Source: Fusobacteriaceae bacterium (GTDB lineage Bacteria > Fusobacteriota > Fusobacteriia > Fusobacteriales > Fusobacteriaceae). Taken from it: 64,000 bases of DNA. Both the position numbers and the translations under genes were made by a program. How positions within the stretch are numbered: position 1 is the first letter of the stretch; each line of letters begins with the position of its first letter. Positions 17,377 through 27,864 of this stretch are shown piece by piece. Location: positions 7,587-71,586 of the forward strand of contig JAGNZR010000003.1 of assembly GCA_017984315.1 (NCBI GenBank). The letters are read 5' to 3'. The notes beneath the pieces are model-generated. The model saw nothing but the letters and a program-made list of their open reading frames with translations, searched no databases and had not been told where the DNA came from.

Positions 17377-19146
17377 GTGTTAAATAAAGCAAAAGAGGTA
17401 TTAAAAAAATATTTCGGATATGATGATTTTAGAGAGGGACAGAATGATATTATAAAAAGTATTCTAAGCAACTGCGATACAGTTGGGATTTTACCTACAG
17501 GTGGAGGAAAATCTATTTGTTACCAAGTCCCAGGAGTTATGCTTCCAGGAGTTACTTTAGTGATTTCACCACTGATCTCTTTAATGAAAGATCAAGTTGA
17601 TAATTTAAATGATTATGGGATAAGTTCAACATACATAAATAGCAGCCTTACAGCAAAAGAGTTTAAAGAAGTAAGCAGTAATATATTGAAAGGTATTTAT
17701 AAAATTATTTATGTTGCTCCTGAAAGACTGGATAATGAGCTTTTTTTAAATATTGTTTCTAAAATAAAAGTATCTCAAGTAGCAATAGATGAGGCACACT
17801 GTATATCTCAGTGGGGGCATGATTTTAGACCGAGCTACCTAAATATTGCACCCTTTATAGATAGTTTTAAAGAAAGACCTTTAGTAACAGCTTTTACAGC
17901 AACAGCTACACCTAAAGTTAAAGAGGATATAATAAAAACTTTAAAAATAAAACCTAACATATTCCAAAATGGTTTTGATCGACCAAATTTGACTTTCTCT
18001 GTAATTAGAAATGTTGATAATATGAAATATATTAAAGAGTTTATAGAAAAACATACTGGAGATATTGGAATCATATATGTTGCCACAAGGAAAGAGTGCG
18101 AATCTATACAAAAAGAGCTGTCAAAAAAATACAAAGTTGCTTTGTATCATGCAGGTCTTAGTGATAAAGATAGAAGTAAAAATCAAGAGGATTTTCTTTA
18201 TGATAGAGTGGACATAGTTGTGGCCACTAATGCTTTTGGTATGGGGATAGACAAGTCAAATGTCAGATGGGTTATACACAATAATATACCTAAAGATTTA
18301 GAGAGTTATTACCAAGAAGCAGGAAGAGCAGGAAGAGACGGACTCCCTTCTGAATGTGTTCTAATTTATGCTGCAAAAGATGTGTTGCTTCAAAGGATGT
18401 TTATAGATAATGGTAATGAATATACCTCAGAGAGTATAAAAAAAATCAAATATGATAAACTGCAGGCTTTGGAAAATTATTGTAGGACTACAAGCTGTTT
18501 AAGATCACATATACTTGAATATTTTGGTGATGAAAAAATAGAAAATTGCCAAAATTGTAGCGTATGTTTAGATGAAAGGGATGAAGAGGATGTTACAAGG
18601 GAGGCTAAAATTATAATCTCTTGTATTGGAAGAACAAAGCAGAGGTATGGAGCGAGCACTATATCATTAATGTTGAAAGGTTCAAGTAATAAGCAGGTTC
18701 TACAATTTGGGCTGGATAAGATCTCTACATATGGGATGTTAAAATCTTATAAAATAGAGGAGATAAGAGTGCTTATAGATTTTCTTATAGGTGATGGGTA
18801 TTTAGGTGTGACTCCAGGTCAATTTCCAGTTTTAACATTAACTGAAAAGGCATATGAATTCATAAAATCAGACTTAGAACTGAGAAGAAAAGTTAGTAAA
18901 GTTGTTCAGCATAAAGAGATAAACTCTAAAGTGAATGAAGAGTTATTCGAAAAATTACGTAATCTTAGATACGAAATATCTCAGAAATACCACCTACCAC
19001 CATATATGATATTTCCAGATAAAACTTTAAAAGAGTTTGCAACAATTATACCTAAAACAAAGGAAGAGATGCTGATGATAAACGGTGTAGGAGAGATTAA
19101 ATTCAGCAAATATGGTGAGGAATTTTTAAAAATACTAAATAAATAG
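17377..19146 (+). CDS. recQ: ATP-dependent DNA helicase RecQ
   Basis: Motifs FGYDDFREGQ, LPTGGGKS and DEAHCISQWGHDFRP. Zn-binding Cys cluster CRTTSCLR..CQNCSVC. C-terminal HRDC-like region. GTG start with an AGAGG RBS. Confidence 0.93.
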   Translation: MLNKAKEVLKKYFGYDDFREGQNDIIKSILSNCDTVGILPTGGGKSICYQVPGVMLPGVTLVISPLISLMKDQVDNLNDYGISSTYINSSLTAKEFKEVSSNILKGIYKIIYVAPERLDNELFLNIVSKIKVSQVAIDEAHCISQWGHDFRPSYLNIAPFIDSFKERPLVTAFTATATPKVKEDIIKTLKIKPNIFQNGFDRPNLTFSVIRNVDNMKYIKEFIEKHTGDIGIIYVATRKECESIQKELSKKYKVALYHAGLSDKDRSKNQEDFLYDRVDIVVATNAFGMGIDKSNVRWVIHNNIPKDLESYYQEAGRAGRDGLPSECVLIYAAKDVLLQRMFIDNGNEYTSESIKKIKYDKLQALENYCRTTSCLRSHILEYFGDEKIENCQNCSVCLDERDEEDVTREAKIIISCIGRTKQRYGASTISLMLKGSSNKQVLQFGLDKISTYGMLKSYKIEEIRVLIDFLIGDGYLGVTPGQFPVLTLTEKAYEFIKSDLELRRKVSKVVQHKEINSKVNEELFEKLRNLRYEISQKYHLPPYMIFPDKTLKEFATIIPKTKEEMLMINGVGEIKFSKYGEEFLKILNK

Positions 19147-19147
19147 G

Positions 19148-19942
19148 ATGTGCTTTTTTATGAATAAAGAACAGATATTAAAAACATTTGGAGAGGAAGA
19201 TAAACACCTTATATCTAAAATTATAGATGATATTGAACTTTGCTTTGATATAGAGTATGTAGTTTATTCAAATTGGTTTTATCCGCCTAGCATTTGGATG
19301 AAATTATCTGAATTAGCAGACTATATAGGTATAAAAATACTGGCATTTGGACTAAATGAAGAAGCAGAGAAAAAACTTTTAGGGTTTTATCCCCAAAAAA
19401 TAGATTTAGACATCTCTTCATCCAAGCCAGATATAATATTTTTTGAAATTGATGGAAGAAATAAATTTAACATCTTATATCATAAAGATTTTTTAGGAGC
19501 TCTCATGAGTTTATCTATAAAAAGGGAGTTAATAGGGGATTTAGTTGTAAAAGAGAATATCTGCTATGGAGTAACAACTGCTGATATTTTTAAAATTATT
19601 AAAGAGAGTTTGGATTCGATAGGGAAAGTTCCAGTGAAGGTTTGTGAAATTTCTCATAATATTATTCCTAAAACAGAGTTTAAATTTATCACAATAACAG
19701 TAAGCTCATCAAGAATAGATGCAGTCATAGCTGAACTTGGAAATATATCTAGAAACGAAGCTGTTTCAAAAATAGAAAGTGGAGAAGCGCTTTTAAATTA
19801 TAGAATATGCAAAGATAAGAGCTTTTCTCTGAAAAAAGGTGATGTTATCACAATTAGAAAAAAAGGGAAGTTTATTTTTCAAGATGAATTAGGTGAGAAT
19901 AAAAAAGGAAAATTAAAACTGAATTTTAAGCAGTTGATATAA
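19148..19942 (+). CDS. ylmH: YlmH-like S4-domain RNA-binding protein
   Basis: About 260 aa with a C-terminal S4 domain (SSRIDAVIAELGNISRNEAVSKIESGEALLNYR). The start could be the ATG at 19160 (MNKEQ). Neither start has a strong RBS. Confidence 0.7.
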   Translation: MCFFMNKEQILKTFGEEDKHLISKIIDDIELCFDIEYVVYSNWFYPPSIWMKLSELADYIGIKILAFGLNEEAEKKLLGFYPQKIDLDISSSKPDIIFFEIDGRNKFNILYHKDFLGALMSLSIKRELIGDLVVKENICYGVTTADIFKIIKESLDSIGKVPVKVCEISHNIIPKTEFKFITITVSSSRIDAVIAELGNISRNEAVSKIESGEALLNYRICKDKSFSLKKGDVITIRKKGKFIFQDELGENKKGKLKLNFKQLI

Positions 19943-19960
19943 GTTGTTAATATTATTCAT

Positions 19961-20006
19961 AAAAAAAGCAGTTAATATTTCCTAGAAAATATTAACTGCT
20001 TTTTTA
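19961..20006. terminator. bidirectional terminator
   Basis: AGCAGTTAATATT pairs with AATATTAACTGCT. An A7 run precedes it and a T6 run follows. Confidence 0.85.
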
Positions 20007-20019
20007 TATAGGTTAAAAA

Positions 20020-20904
20020 TTATATTTTTCTAAAAACAGTAGGCATAGGTGACTCAAAAAGCATCTCTTCACCTGTAACAGGGTGTTTAAATCTTATAGT
20101 ACTTGCATGAAGTCCTAAACGACTTAAGATGTTTTTACCTCTGGCACCATATTTTTTATCCCCAACAATTGGGTGTCCTATAGAGCTTAAGTGCACTCTA
20201 ATCTGATTTTTTCTACCAGTATGGATATCTACCTCTACAAGAGAGTGAGTTCTAGTAGATTTCAAAACTCTATATTTTGTGATAGCAAGTTTTCCACCAG
20301 ATGAGTCAGATTTACTAGAGAAAGTAACAAGAGCATTGTTTTCTTTTAAATAAGATTCAATTGTTCCCTCTTTCTTTTCAAAAACTCCTTCAGCAACTGC
20401 TAAATATTTTCTTTCAGTTACTATTTCATACCAGTTAGCCTGTAATTTTTGTTGAATCTCTTCAGATTTAGCAAAAATCATAACTCCAGAAGTCTCTCTA
20501 TCCAATCTATGAACTATAAAAATCTTATTCATAAAATCTTTTTGTTTTACATGCTCTTTAAGTATTGAATAAGCTGTTTTTTCTCTCTCTTTATCAGTTG
20601 CCATAGAAAGAAGTCCTGCATCTTTTTCAACTACAATAATATACTCATCTTCAAAGATTATTTTTACCCCTTTAGAGCCTTTTATTGTAACAGCATCTCT
20701 AGATTTAGACCAGTTTACAGTTATCTGATCCTTTGGTTTTAATGGATGATTAAATTGTGTAACAGTTACTTCATTAACTGAAACTTGCTGCTTAGATAAT
20801 AAAGTTTTTATATTATTTCTGCTAAGAGATGGAAGATTCTCAATTAAAAACTTCATAAGTTCATTGGGAGTCTTTACTAATAACTCTGTATTTTGTCTTC
20901 TCAA
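20020..20904 (-). CDS. RluA-family pseudouridine synthase with N-terminal S4 domain (RluC/RluD-like)
   Basis: Catalytic motif HRLDRETSGVMIFAK, and KNQIRVHL near the C-terminus. Confidence 0.88.
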   Translation of the reverse strand: MRRQNTELLVKTPNELMKFLIENLPSLSRNNIKTLLSKQQVSVNEVTVTQFNHPLKPKDQITVNWSKSRDAVTIKGSKGVKIIFEDEYIIVVEKDAGLLSMATDKEREKTAYSILKEHVKQKDFMNKIFIVHRLDRETSGVMIFAKSEEIQQKLQANWYEIVTERKYLAVAEGVFEKKEGTIESYLKENNALVTFSSKSDSSGGKLAITKYRVLKSTRTHSLVEVDIHTGRKNQIRVHLSSIGHPIVGDKKYGARGKNILSRLGLHASTIRFKHPVTGEEMLFESPMPTVFRKI

Positions 20905-21006
20905 AAATGTCCTCCTAAAATAATTATTCTCAGACTATATTTTAACATAGTAAATGTAATAAAGGAAGATTAATATTAAAGTTTATTTTAATATTAATGT
21001 TTTGTT

Positions 21007-23670
21007 TTATAACCATACTTTAAATTTTTTAATATAAATGGATTTTACAAATAAAGTTAGTAAAAAATATCCTGATAAAATAAACAGCAACCACCCAAAA
21101 TAAGCCAGTGGAAGTGGCACAAAACCAATCATTGTACCAAAAGATGAATAAGGGGTAATAATTCCAAGAATAATCACTGCACAAGTTAAAAAAACCACTG
21201 AAATAGATGCTCGAGACTGAATAAATGGTATTTTTTCAGTTCTAATCATATGGACTATTAATGTTTGAGTTAGTAGCCCTTCAATAAACCATCCTGAATG
21301 AAACAAAGATTGCATATTAGGGGTGTTAGCTTTAAATATATGCCACATTAAAAGGAATGTTAATATATCAAACACAGAGCTAAGAGGCCCTATACAAAGC
21401 ATAAATCTTTTTAGATCATTAGCCATCCATTGTTTAGGCTTTTCTAAATACTCTTTATCCATTTTATCCCAAGGGATTGATATTTGAGAAAAATCATAAA
21501 AAAGGTTTTGAATTAAAAGTTGTATTGGAAGCATAGGTAAAAATGGTAAAAAAGCACTAGCTATAAGTACACTAAAAACATTCCCAAAATTTGAACTAGA
21601 TGTCATCTTAATATACTTTAAAATATTACCAAAAATTCTTCTTCCTTCAACCACACCATCTTCTAAAATTGATAAATTTTTATCCAATAAAATAATATCA
21701 GCAGACTCCCTAGCGATTGCTGCTGCAGTATCCACAGAGATTCCAATATCCGCTTGCTTTAATGCTGCACTATCGTTAATACCATCACCCATAAATCCAA
21801 CAGTGTGACCTAGTTGTTGTAATAGTCTAACTATTTTAGATTTCTGTATAGGTGATAATTTAGCAAAAATAGTTGTTTTTTCTATAATTTTCAATAACTC
21901 TTCATCATCCATTTTTTCCATTTGATTACCAAGTAAAATGTTATCTATTTCTAATCCAACATCAAAACAAATTTTTTTAGTTACAAGATCATTGTCTCCC
22001 GTTAAAATTTTAACTTGGATACCATTTTTAGCAAGAGTTTCAATAGCATCTCTAGCATCATCTTTTGGTGGATCTAGAAATGCAATATACCCCATAAGGG
22101 ACATATCGCATTCATCTGATATTTTAAAATTACCGTGATGTTCTGCTTTTAATTTTTTTTGAGCTACAGCAACAACCCTCATCCCTTGCTTGGATAGGTG
22201 TTCAACAGTTAACATAATTTTTCTTTTAATCTCTTCTGTCAATTCAATTGTTTCTTTATTAATATCAGCAAAAGTACATATGGATAAAACCTCTTCAACT
22301 GCTCCTTTTGTAATAACTTCTAGTTTTTTAATACCTTGAACTTCAACAGAGTGTTCTAATATAACAGACATCCTTCTTCTGTTAAAATCAAAGGGGATTT
22401 CATCTATTTTCAGATATAGATTATGCAAATTTTCAAGCCCCTCAATTTTTCCCCTATCTATAATAGCTCTATCCATTAAGTTATGAAGCCCTGTTTGAAA
22501 AAAACTATTAAGGTAAGCATGTTTTAAAACTCTTAAATCCTCTATCCCCTCAATATTAAGGTGCTTTTGAACAACTATCCTATCAATTGTAATGGTACCT
22601 GTTTTATCTGTACATAAAATATCCATAGCCCCAAAATTTTGAATAGACTCTAAATTTTTTACAATAGTTCTTTTTTTTGATAAGCTATAAGCGCCTTTAG
22701 CTAAGTTAGTAGTAACAATCATAGGCAACATTTCTGGAGTCAACCCCACAGCAATAGAGATACTAAAAAGCAAAGATTCTAATAGATTACCTTTAAAAAA
22801 TGTGTTTATAAGAAAAACGATAGGAACCATAATTATCATAAATTTGATTAAGAGTTTAGATACATCATCTACCCCTTTTTCAAAATTTGTTTTAACTCTA
22901 CTTGATATAAACATCTCTTTCATAGATCCCACATAGGTATCTTCCCCAGTAGAAAGAATAATTGCAATGGCACTACCACTGACAATGGTTGTTCCTAAAA
23001 GTCCTATATTTTCAATATCTGAGGCAATAGTTTCATCAGTTATTTCATGTTTTAATTCATGAAATTTTTCTACAGGTTCAGATTCACCTGTTAAAGAGGA
23101 TTGCCCTAAAAATAGGTCTTTAGTCAAAATAAATCTCACATCTGCAGGGATTATATCCCCAGCTGCAAGATGGATAACATCTCCAGGAACAAGTTTTGTT
23201 ATCTCCTCTTCGCAGAGGGGTTCACCATTTCTTTCAACTGTAGCATAAGTTTTTATCATAGTTTTTAAATTTTGAGAAGCTATATTAGACTTATACTCTT
23301 GAAAAAATTTAAGAGTTCCTCCTAGAGCTACCATAATTCCTAAAATAATAATGGTTTCCCAATTATTGCCTTTAGCAATAATAATATCAGTAAAAAAATC
23401 AACTGTGGCTAAAGATAGAATAACTAAATTGAAAGGGGAGATAAAAGCCCTAAAAAATTGAATGTACCAAGGTTTAGGTTTTTGGTATAAAATTTCATTT
23501 ATTCCAAACTCTTTAAGTCTTTTTTTAGCAACTTCAGTTGTAATACCATTTCCACTACTGTCAAATTTAGAAAAGATCTCTTGTAATGGCAGTTTTCCAT
23601 ACCTTCTTAACTCATTTGTTCTATTAATTGAAGATGTGATATGTTTAGCGAATTTGTCTAAATGTTCCAT
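21007..23670 (-). CDS. mgtA: magnesium-translocating P-type ATPase
   Basis: DKTGTIT phosphorylation site. TGES actuator motif. MGDGINDSAALKQADIGISV hinge. Size and N-terminus are typical of MgtA/MgtB. The ATG at 23670 follows AAGGTGGG; the track's GTG at 23679 is inside the RBS. Confidence 0.88.
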   Translation of the reverse strand: MEHLDKFAKHITSSINRTNELRRYGKLPLQEIFSKFDSSGNGITTEVAKKRLKEFGINEILYQKPKPWYIQFFRAFISPFNLVILSLATVDFFTDIIIAKGNNWETIIILGIMVALGGTLKFFQEYKSNIASQNLKTMIKTYATVERNGEPLCEEEITKLVPGDVIHLAAGDIIPADVRFILTKDLFLGQSSLTGESEPVEKFHELKHEITDETIASDIENIGLLGTTIVSGSAIAIILSTGEDTYVGSMKEMFISSRVKTNFEKGVDDVSKLLIKFMIIMVPIVFLINTFFKGNLLESLLFSISIAVGLTPEMLPMIVTTNLAKGAYSLSKKRTIVKNLESIQNFGAMDILCTDKTGTITIDRIVVQKHLNIEGIEDLRVLKHAYLNSFFQTGLHNLMDRAIIDRGKIEGLENLHNLYLKIDEIPFDFNRRRMSVILEHSVEVQGIKKLEVITKGAVEEVLSICTFADINKETIELTEEIKRKIMLTVEHLSKQGMRVVAVAQKKLKAEHHGNFKISDECDMSLMGYIAFLDPPKDDARDAIETLAKNGIQVKILTGDNDLVTKKICFDVGLEIDNILLGNQMEKMDDEELLKIIEKTTIFAKLSPIQKSKIVRLLQQLGHTVGFMGDGINDSAALKQADIGISVDTAAAIARESADIILLDKNLSILEDGVVEGRRIFGNILKYIKMTSSSNFGNVFSVLIASAFLPFLPMLPIQLLIQNLFYDFSQISIPWDKMDKEYLEKPKQWMANDLKRFMLCIGPLSSVFDILTFLLMWHIFKANTPNMQSLFHSGWFIEGLLTQTLIVHMIRTEKIPFIQSRASISVVFLTCAVIILGIITPYSSFGTMIGFVPLPLAYFGWLLFILSGYFLLTLFVKSIYIKKFKVWL

Positions 23671-23718
23671 AATACCCACCTTTTAATAAAAGGATATTCA
23701 AAATAAAAATAATAGAGC

Positions 23719-25356
23719 TTATTTAGCATTTTTTTTAAGAGTAATCTCTTTTTGATTTGTGTAAATTACAAATCCAGGTCTGGCACCATTGGGTTTAGTA
23801 ACAAACCTTCTCTCTGTATACTCAACAACCCCTTTATCACCTAAATTTAATTTTGAAAAGTTAATGGCTACTTGAGCACACTTTGAAACAAGTTCATCAG
23901 TAATATTTTTTTTATGGCATCTAAGAATTACATGGGAACCAGGGACATCTTTAACATGAAACCATAAGTTATCTTTTTCAGCAACTTTAAAAGTAACAAA
24001 ATCATTTTCTAAATTATTTCTACCATAAATTATTGAATAATTGTCTGTTTGTTCAGCCACTTCATAATTTATTTTAGAACTCTCTTTTTTATTTTTTATC
24101 TTTTTCTTATCAATATCTTTTATATAACCCTGATTTCTTAACTCTTTTAGTATATTTTTTAAATTTTCAATTGTTTTACTAGCTTCTGTAAAAGCTAAAA
24201 CAGAGTTCAGATAATTAAGTTCATCTGAAACCACAATAAACCTTGTTTTATTGGATTCTAAACCTCTTTTTAGTTTGTTGTATTTTTTATAGTAACTATC
24301 AATATTCTTTTGAGGAGTAGCCTTTTTATCTAATTCAATATGCACCATCTCATTATTATAGAAATCATATAAATCTACAGATTCACTATATTTTTTTAAG
24401 GAATACATATTAGCTGAAAGAATATCAGCAATCTCTTTATATCTAACAAAATCAGCTTTTTCTATATTATCTAACTTTATATTTTCTAAAATCTTTTCCA
24501 CTTTTTTTATTCTTTTATTTACAGCAGATTTAATTAGTGACAGAGTATTGTTCATTGCAGAGGATAGAAACATATTTGAAATATAGTATTGTGCTAATTC
24601 ACTAAAAGAGTTAAAGTTTTTAGAATTGTCAAACTCTTTAGGAGTAACCTCTTTTAAAACAGACGCAAAAATTAGCTTATCATTTAAATAATAAGCTGTT
24701 GGGGTAATTTTAGAGTTCAAAATGTTTTGTAAATCACTATAAGATTTTATATTATCTGAAAGCTGCTTACCGATACCCTCTAATTTTTTATAAGGTGGTT
24801 CTCCTCCCTGAATAATCATATTATTAAAATCAGAATCTGTAATAATTAATGGAGATCCTTTTATCTCTATAATTGGTTGGACATAATCCGCCCCTGGAAG
24901 TAAAATTCTAAGATTATTTTCCTCTATGGAAAATTTTTTTAAAAGATCAAGGATATTGTTTCTAGAATCAACAATAATTATGTTAGAGTGTCTTCCCATT
25001 ATTTCAAAATATAGTTTATAGTGGTTAATCTCTCCAAGTTCATTCATTTTTGCAAAATGAAAACATAAAATTCTATCTAAACCAAGTTGCTCAATTTTTA
25101 ATAGTTGAGCATTTAAAAGATATTTTTTTAAAGAGAGTAAAAATCCGAAATTTTCATTTATTGAGTCTGTTTTATCCTGAGAAAGGTATGCAATTGGTAA
25201 AGATTGGTTGCAAGATAAAACAAGTGAGAGTTTCCCAAAAATCAGTGAGATAGAAAGCTCACTATCTTGTGAAATTTTCCCAACTTTTTTTCCTAAAAGT
25301 TCATTTTCAAACTCTTTTTTTATTTTGTTTAAAGATATTCCATCTAAATATAGCAT
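23719..25356 (-). CDS. rqcH: NFACT/FbpA family ribosome quality control protein RqcH
   Basis: N-terminal NFACT-N (MLYLDGISLNKI...). Coiled-coil middle region. C-terminal NFACT-R motif LWFHVKDVPGSHVILR. Confidence 0.85.
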   Translation of the reverse strand: MLYLDGISLNKIKKEFENELLGKKVGKISQDSELSISLIFGKLSLVLSCNQSLPIAYLSQDKTDSINENFGFLLSLKKYLLNAQLLKIEQLGLDRILCFHFAKMNELGEINHYKLYFEIMGRHSNIIIVDSRNNILDLLKKFSIEENNLRILLPGADYVQPIIEIKGSPLIITDSDFNNMIIQGGEPPYKKLEGIGKQLSDNIKSYSDLQNILNSKITPTAYYLNDKLIFASVLKEVTPKEFDNSKNFNSFSELAQYYISNMFLSSAMNNTLSLIKSAVNKRIKKVEKILENIKLDNIEKADFVRYKEIADILSANMYSLKKYSESVDLYDFYNNEMVHIELDKKATPQKNIDSYYKKYNKLKRGLESNKTRFIVVSDELNYLNSVLAFTEASKTIENLKNILKELRNQGYIKDIDKKKIKNKKESSKINYEVAEQTDNYSIIYGRNNLENDFVTFKVAEKDNLWFHVKDVPGSHVILRCHKKNITDELVSKCAQVAINFSKLNLGDKGVVEYTERRFVTKPNGARPGFVIYTNQKEITLKKNAK

Positions 25357-25372
25357 ATTTCCACCTGTCTTT

Positions 25373-26035
25373 TTAAATCATAGTCCCTATTAAATTTTTT
25401 GCATCAAGGGCATCTATGGTAATGATCTCTCCACTTTCAGTTGAGAATTTAATTGTACTGCCTGTTTCTAATATTGTGATAGTAGAGAAATTTTTTACTC
25501 CTTTGCTGTGGAAAAAATCAACAATAATAGGAGTCCCTTTTATTGCTACGATAGAAATTTTAGTATTTTCTTTAAAATTTTCAAGAGAGAGAGGTTTAAA
25601 AAATTCAGTTTTTTTATTTAAATTTTCTAATATTTTTTCAAAAGTATTAATGAAAAAGTTAAGTTCATCTTTTGGAATATTTTCCGTAATAGATGAAAGT
25701 AACATATTATGATAATTTTCATGGTAGTTAAGAGCTTCAATACCTTTTTTATCAAGTGAAACATAAACTTTTCTTCTATCACTTTCTGAACGGTTTCTTA
25801 AAATAAAGTTTTTTTCTGCAAGTTTAGTTGCTGCAACAGTAACAGTACCCATAGTAGTCCCTAATTTTTCAGAAAGTTCATGCATTGTAAGAGAACCAGT
25901 TCCAATAGCCTCAATAATGTGAAGCTCTGTATGTGTTAAACCTTTTATTCCAACTTTAAGAGCAAGATCTTCAGTTTTATAAAAAAGTTTAAAAAAATCT
26001 TCTAATACTTCATTAACATGATTAACAGTTTTCAT
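25373..26035 (-). CDS. MarR family regulator with a C-terminal FeoA/SH3-like extension
   Basis: MarR wHTH LTHTELHIIEAIG..MHELSEKLGTTMGTVTVAATKLAEKNFILRNRSESDRRKVYVSLDKKG. It is followed by a ~70-aa beta-rich tail (KISIVAIKGTPIIVDFF..GEIITIDALDAKNLIG). Confidence 0.7.
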   Translation of the reverse strand: MKTVNHVNEVLEDFFKLFYKTEDLALKVGIKGLTHTELHIIEAIGTGSLTMHELSEKLGTTMGTVTVAATKLAEKNFILRNRSESDRRKVYVSLDKKGIEALNYHENYHNMLLSSITENIPKDELNFFINTFEKILENLNKKTEFFKPLSLENFKENTKISIVAIKGTPIIVDFFHSKGVKNFSTITILETGSTIKFSTESGEIITIDALDAKNLIGTMI

Positions 26036-26044
26036 AAATTTCTC

Positions 26045-26689
26045 CTATTTGCTGTTTTTTAAAAGAGAGATTCTTTCAGCATAATCCCCTGAAAATACAT
26101 ATGAACCAGCAACAAAAACATTAGCACCTGCTTCAATGCATTTAGAAATTGTTTTATCTGTAATACCACCATCTATTTGAATGTCTATAGTTGGATGCAT
26201 TTTTCTAACATCTCTGATTTTTTCAACAGCAGATTCAATAAAAGATTGACCTCCAAAACCAGGGTTAACACTCATAATTAAAACCATATCAATATCATTT
26301 ATAATATATTTTAAGCATTCAGGTGATGTTGCTGGATTTAAAGAAACACCAGCTTTAACTCCTTTATTTTTAATACTTTGAATTGTTCTATGAAGATGTA
26401 TAGTTGATTCAGCATGAACTACAATCATATCAGCTCCAGCATCTACAAAGTTATCAATGTATCTCTCAGGAGCATCTATCATTAAATGCACATCGAAGAA
26501 AAGGGTACTGTATTTTCTAATTGATTTTATTACTGGTGGTCCAAAAGTTATATTAGGAACAAAACTCCCATCCATAACGTCTATATGAGCCCAATCAGCT
26601 CCAGCTGCTTCTATAGCTTGAACTTCTTGTCTTAAAATTCCAAAATCTGCAGATAGTATTGATGGTGCAATAATTATTTCTTTTTTCAT
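26045..26689 (-). CDS. rpe: ribulose-phosphate 3-epimerase
   Basis: IAPSILSADF, HIDVMDGSFVPN, VNPGFGGQ and DGGI motifs. The second ATG (26689) is better spaced from the AGGAG RBS. Confidence 0.93.
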   Translation of the reverse strand: MKKEIIIAPSILSADFGILRQEVQAIEAAGADWAHIDVMDGSFVPNITFGPPVIKSIRKYSTLFFDVHLMIDAPERYIDNFVDAGADMIVVHAESTIHLHRTIQSIKNKGVKAGVSLNPATSPECLKYIINDIDMVLIMSVNPGFGGQSFIESAVEKIRDVRKMHPTIDIQIDGGITDKTISKCIEAGANVFVAGSYVFSGDYAERISLLKNSK

Positions 26690-26730
26690 ATTCATTCTCC
26701 TAAATCTATAATTTGATTTTCATATATTAA

Positions 26731-27624
26731 TTATTTATATTTATTCCAACTCTCTTTTTTTAAAGTTTCATATATTTTTTTATAAAATTCATATCTAGTT
26801 TTAGATATTTTTTTCTCTTCAACTAACTCTTTTATACCACATTCAGGTTCATTGATGTGAATACAATTACTAAATTTACACCCTTTAGTATTTAAATTAA
26901 ATTCAGGAAAGAGTTTTATCAGTTCATCAACGTCTTTAATTTCAGGATATTCAACTGATGAGAATCCTGGAGTATCAATAATAAAGCCACCTTTATTCAT
27001 AGGTAACAAGTTGCTATCTCTTGTAGTATGTTTTCCTCTTTTTAGACGTTCACTAGTTGCACCAGTTTTTAACTCTCTAGAGCTTTGAAGTAAATTAATT
27101 ATACTAGATTTTCCAACTCCAGAAGGACCACCAAAAGCTGTTAATTTGTCCATTAATAGAGTTTCTAAATCAGATACACCTATATTTAATTCAGTTGATA
27201 TGAAAAAAATAGGAACATCAATAGTTTGTAAATAATTTAAATTTTCTTTGATCTCATCTAATTCAGATTTTGTAATTAAATCTATTTTATTGATAACTAC
27301 TACGGGTTTAATATTGTTATAAAAACTATGAAGTATAAGAATGTTTAAACGTTCATAATCAATAATTGGATTTTTAGCTGCAAATTGGATAACTAAATGG
27401 TCTATGTTAGAAACAACAGGTCTAAGTAGAAGATTTTTTCTTGGTTTAATTTCGAATATAGAGTTTTCTTCGCTAACTTCAACAATATCTCCAACAACAC
27501 AATTCTCTTTTTTTTCACTTCTTTTTAAAGTCCCTTTTAACTTACATTCTAAAATACCATTTTCAGTATTTACATAATAAAAGCCTTGAACTTTGTTAAT
27601 TACTCTACCTTGAATAGAAATCAC
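26731..27624 (-). CDS. rsgA: ribosome small-subunit-dependent GTPase A
   Basis: Circularly permuted GTPase with NKIDL before GPSGVGKSS. C-terminal zinc knuckle CKFSNCIHINEPEC. GTG start; the exact start is uncertain. Confidence 0.88.
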   Translation of the reverse strand: MISIQGRVINKVQGFYYVNTENGILECKLKGTLKRSEKKENCVVGDIVEVSEENSIFEIKPRKNLLLRPVVSNIDHLVIQFAAKNPIIDYERLNILILHSFYNNIKPVVVINKIDLITKSELDEIKENLNYLQTIDVPIFFISTELNIGVSDLETLLMDKLTAFGGPSGVGKSSIINLLQSSRELKTGATSERLKRGKHTTRDSNLLPMNKGGFIIDTPGFSSVEYPEIKDVDELIKLFPEFNLNTKGCKFSNCIHINEPECGIKELVEEKKISKTRYEFYKKIYETLKKESWNKYK

Positions 27625-27864
27625 ACTCCAAATTTAGAAAATATGCGATAAAAAAATAAAAAATTATGTTATATTTTTTTTATCATTATTTTTATATTTT
27701 AGTTTATTTTATCAAATTAATCAAGAATAATGAGTTATTAATCATAAAATAAAAAAACTTTTAAAAGGAAAAATTAAATATTTAGTGTAAGAAAGTTTAG
27801 CTGTTAAAATTATATTAATTATAGATTAATTTAATAAAAATATTTATTTTGCGGGAGGAGAGAG

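Noticed and set aside
20969-20999. AT-only palindrome TTAATATTAAA-N6-TTTAATATTAA downstream of mgtA
   Set aside because: It may serve as a weak terminator, but an all-A/T stem in a ~70% AT genome is expected by chance. I did not list it as a feature.
23671-23718. Looked for an M-box riboswitch or a proline-rich leader ORF upstream of mgtA
   Set aside because: Only 48 nt separate the rqcH stop from the mgtA start. There is no room for such a structure, and none of the M-box conserved blocks are visible.
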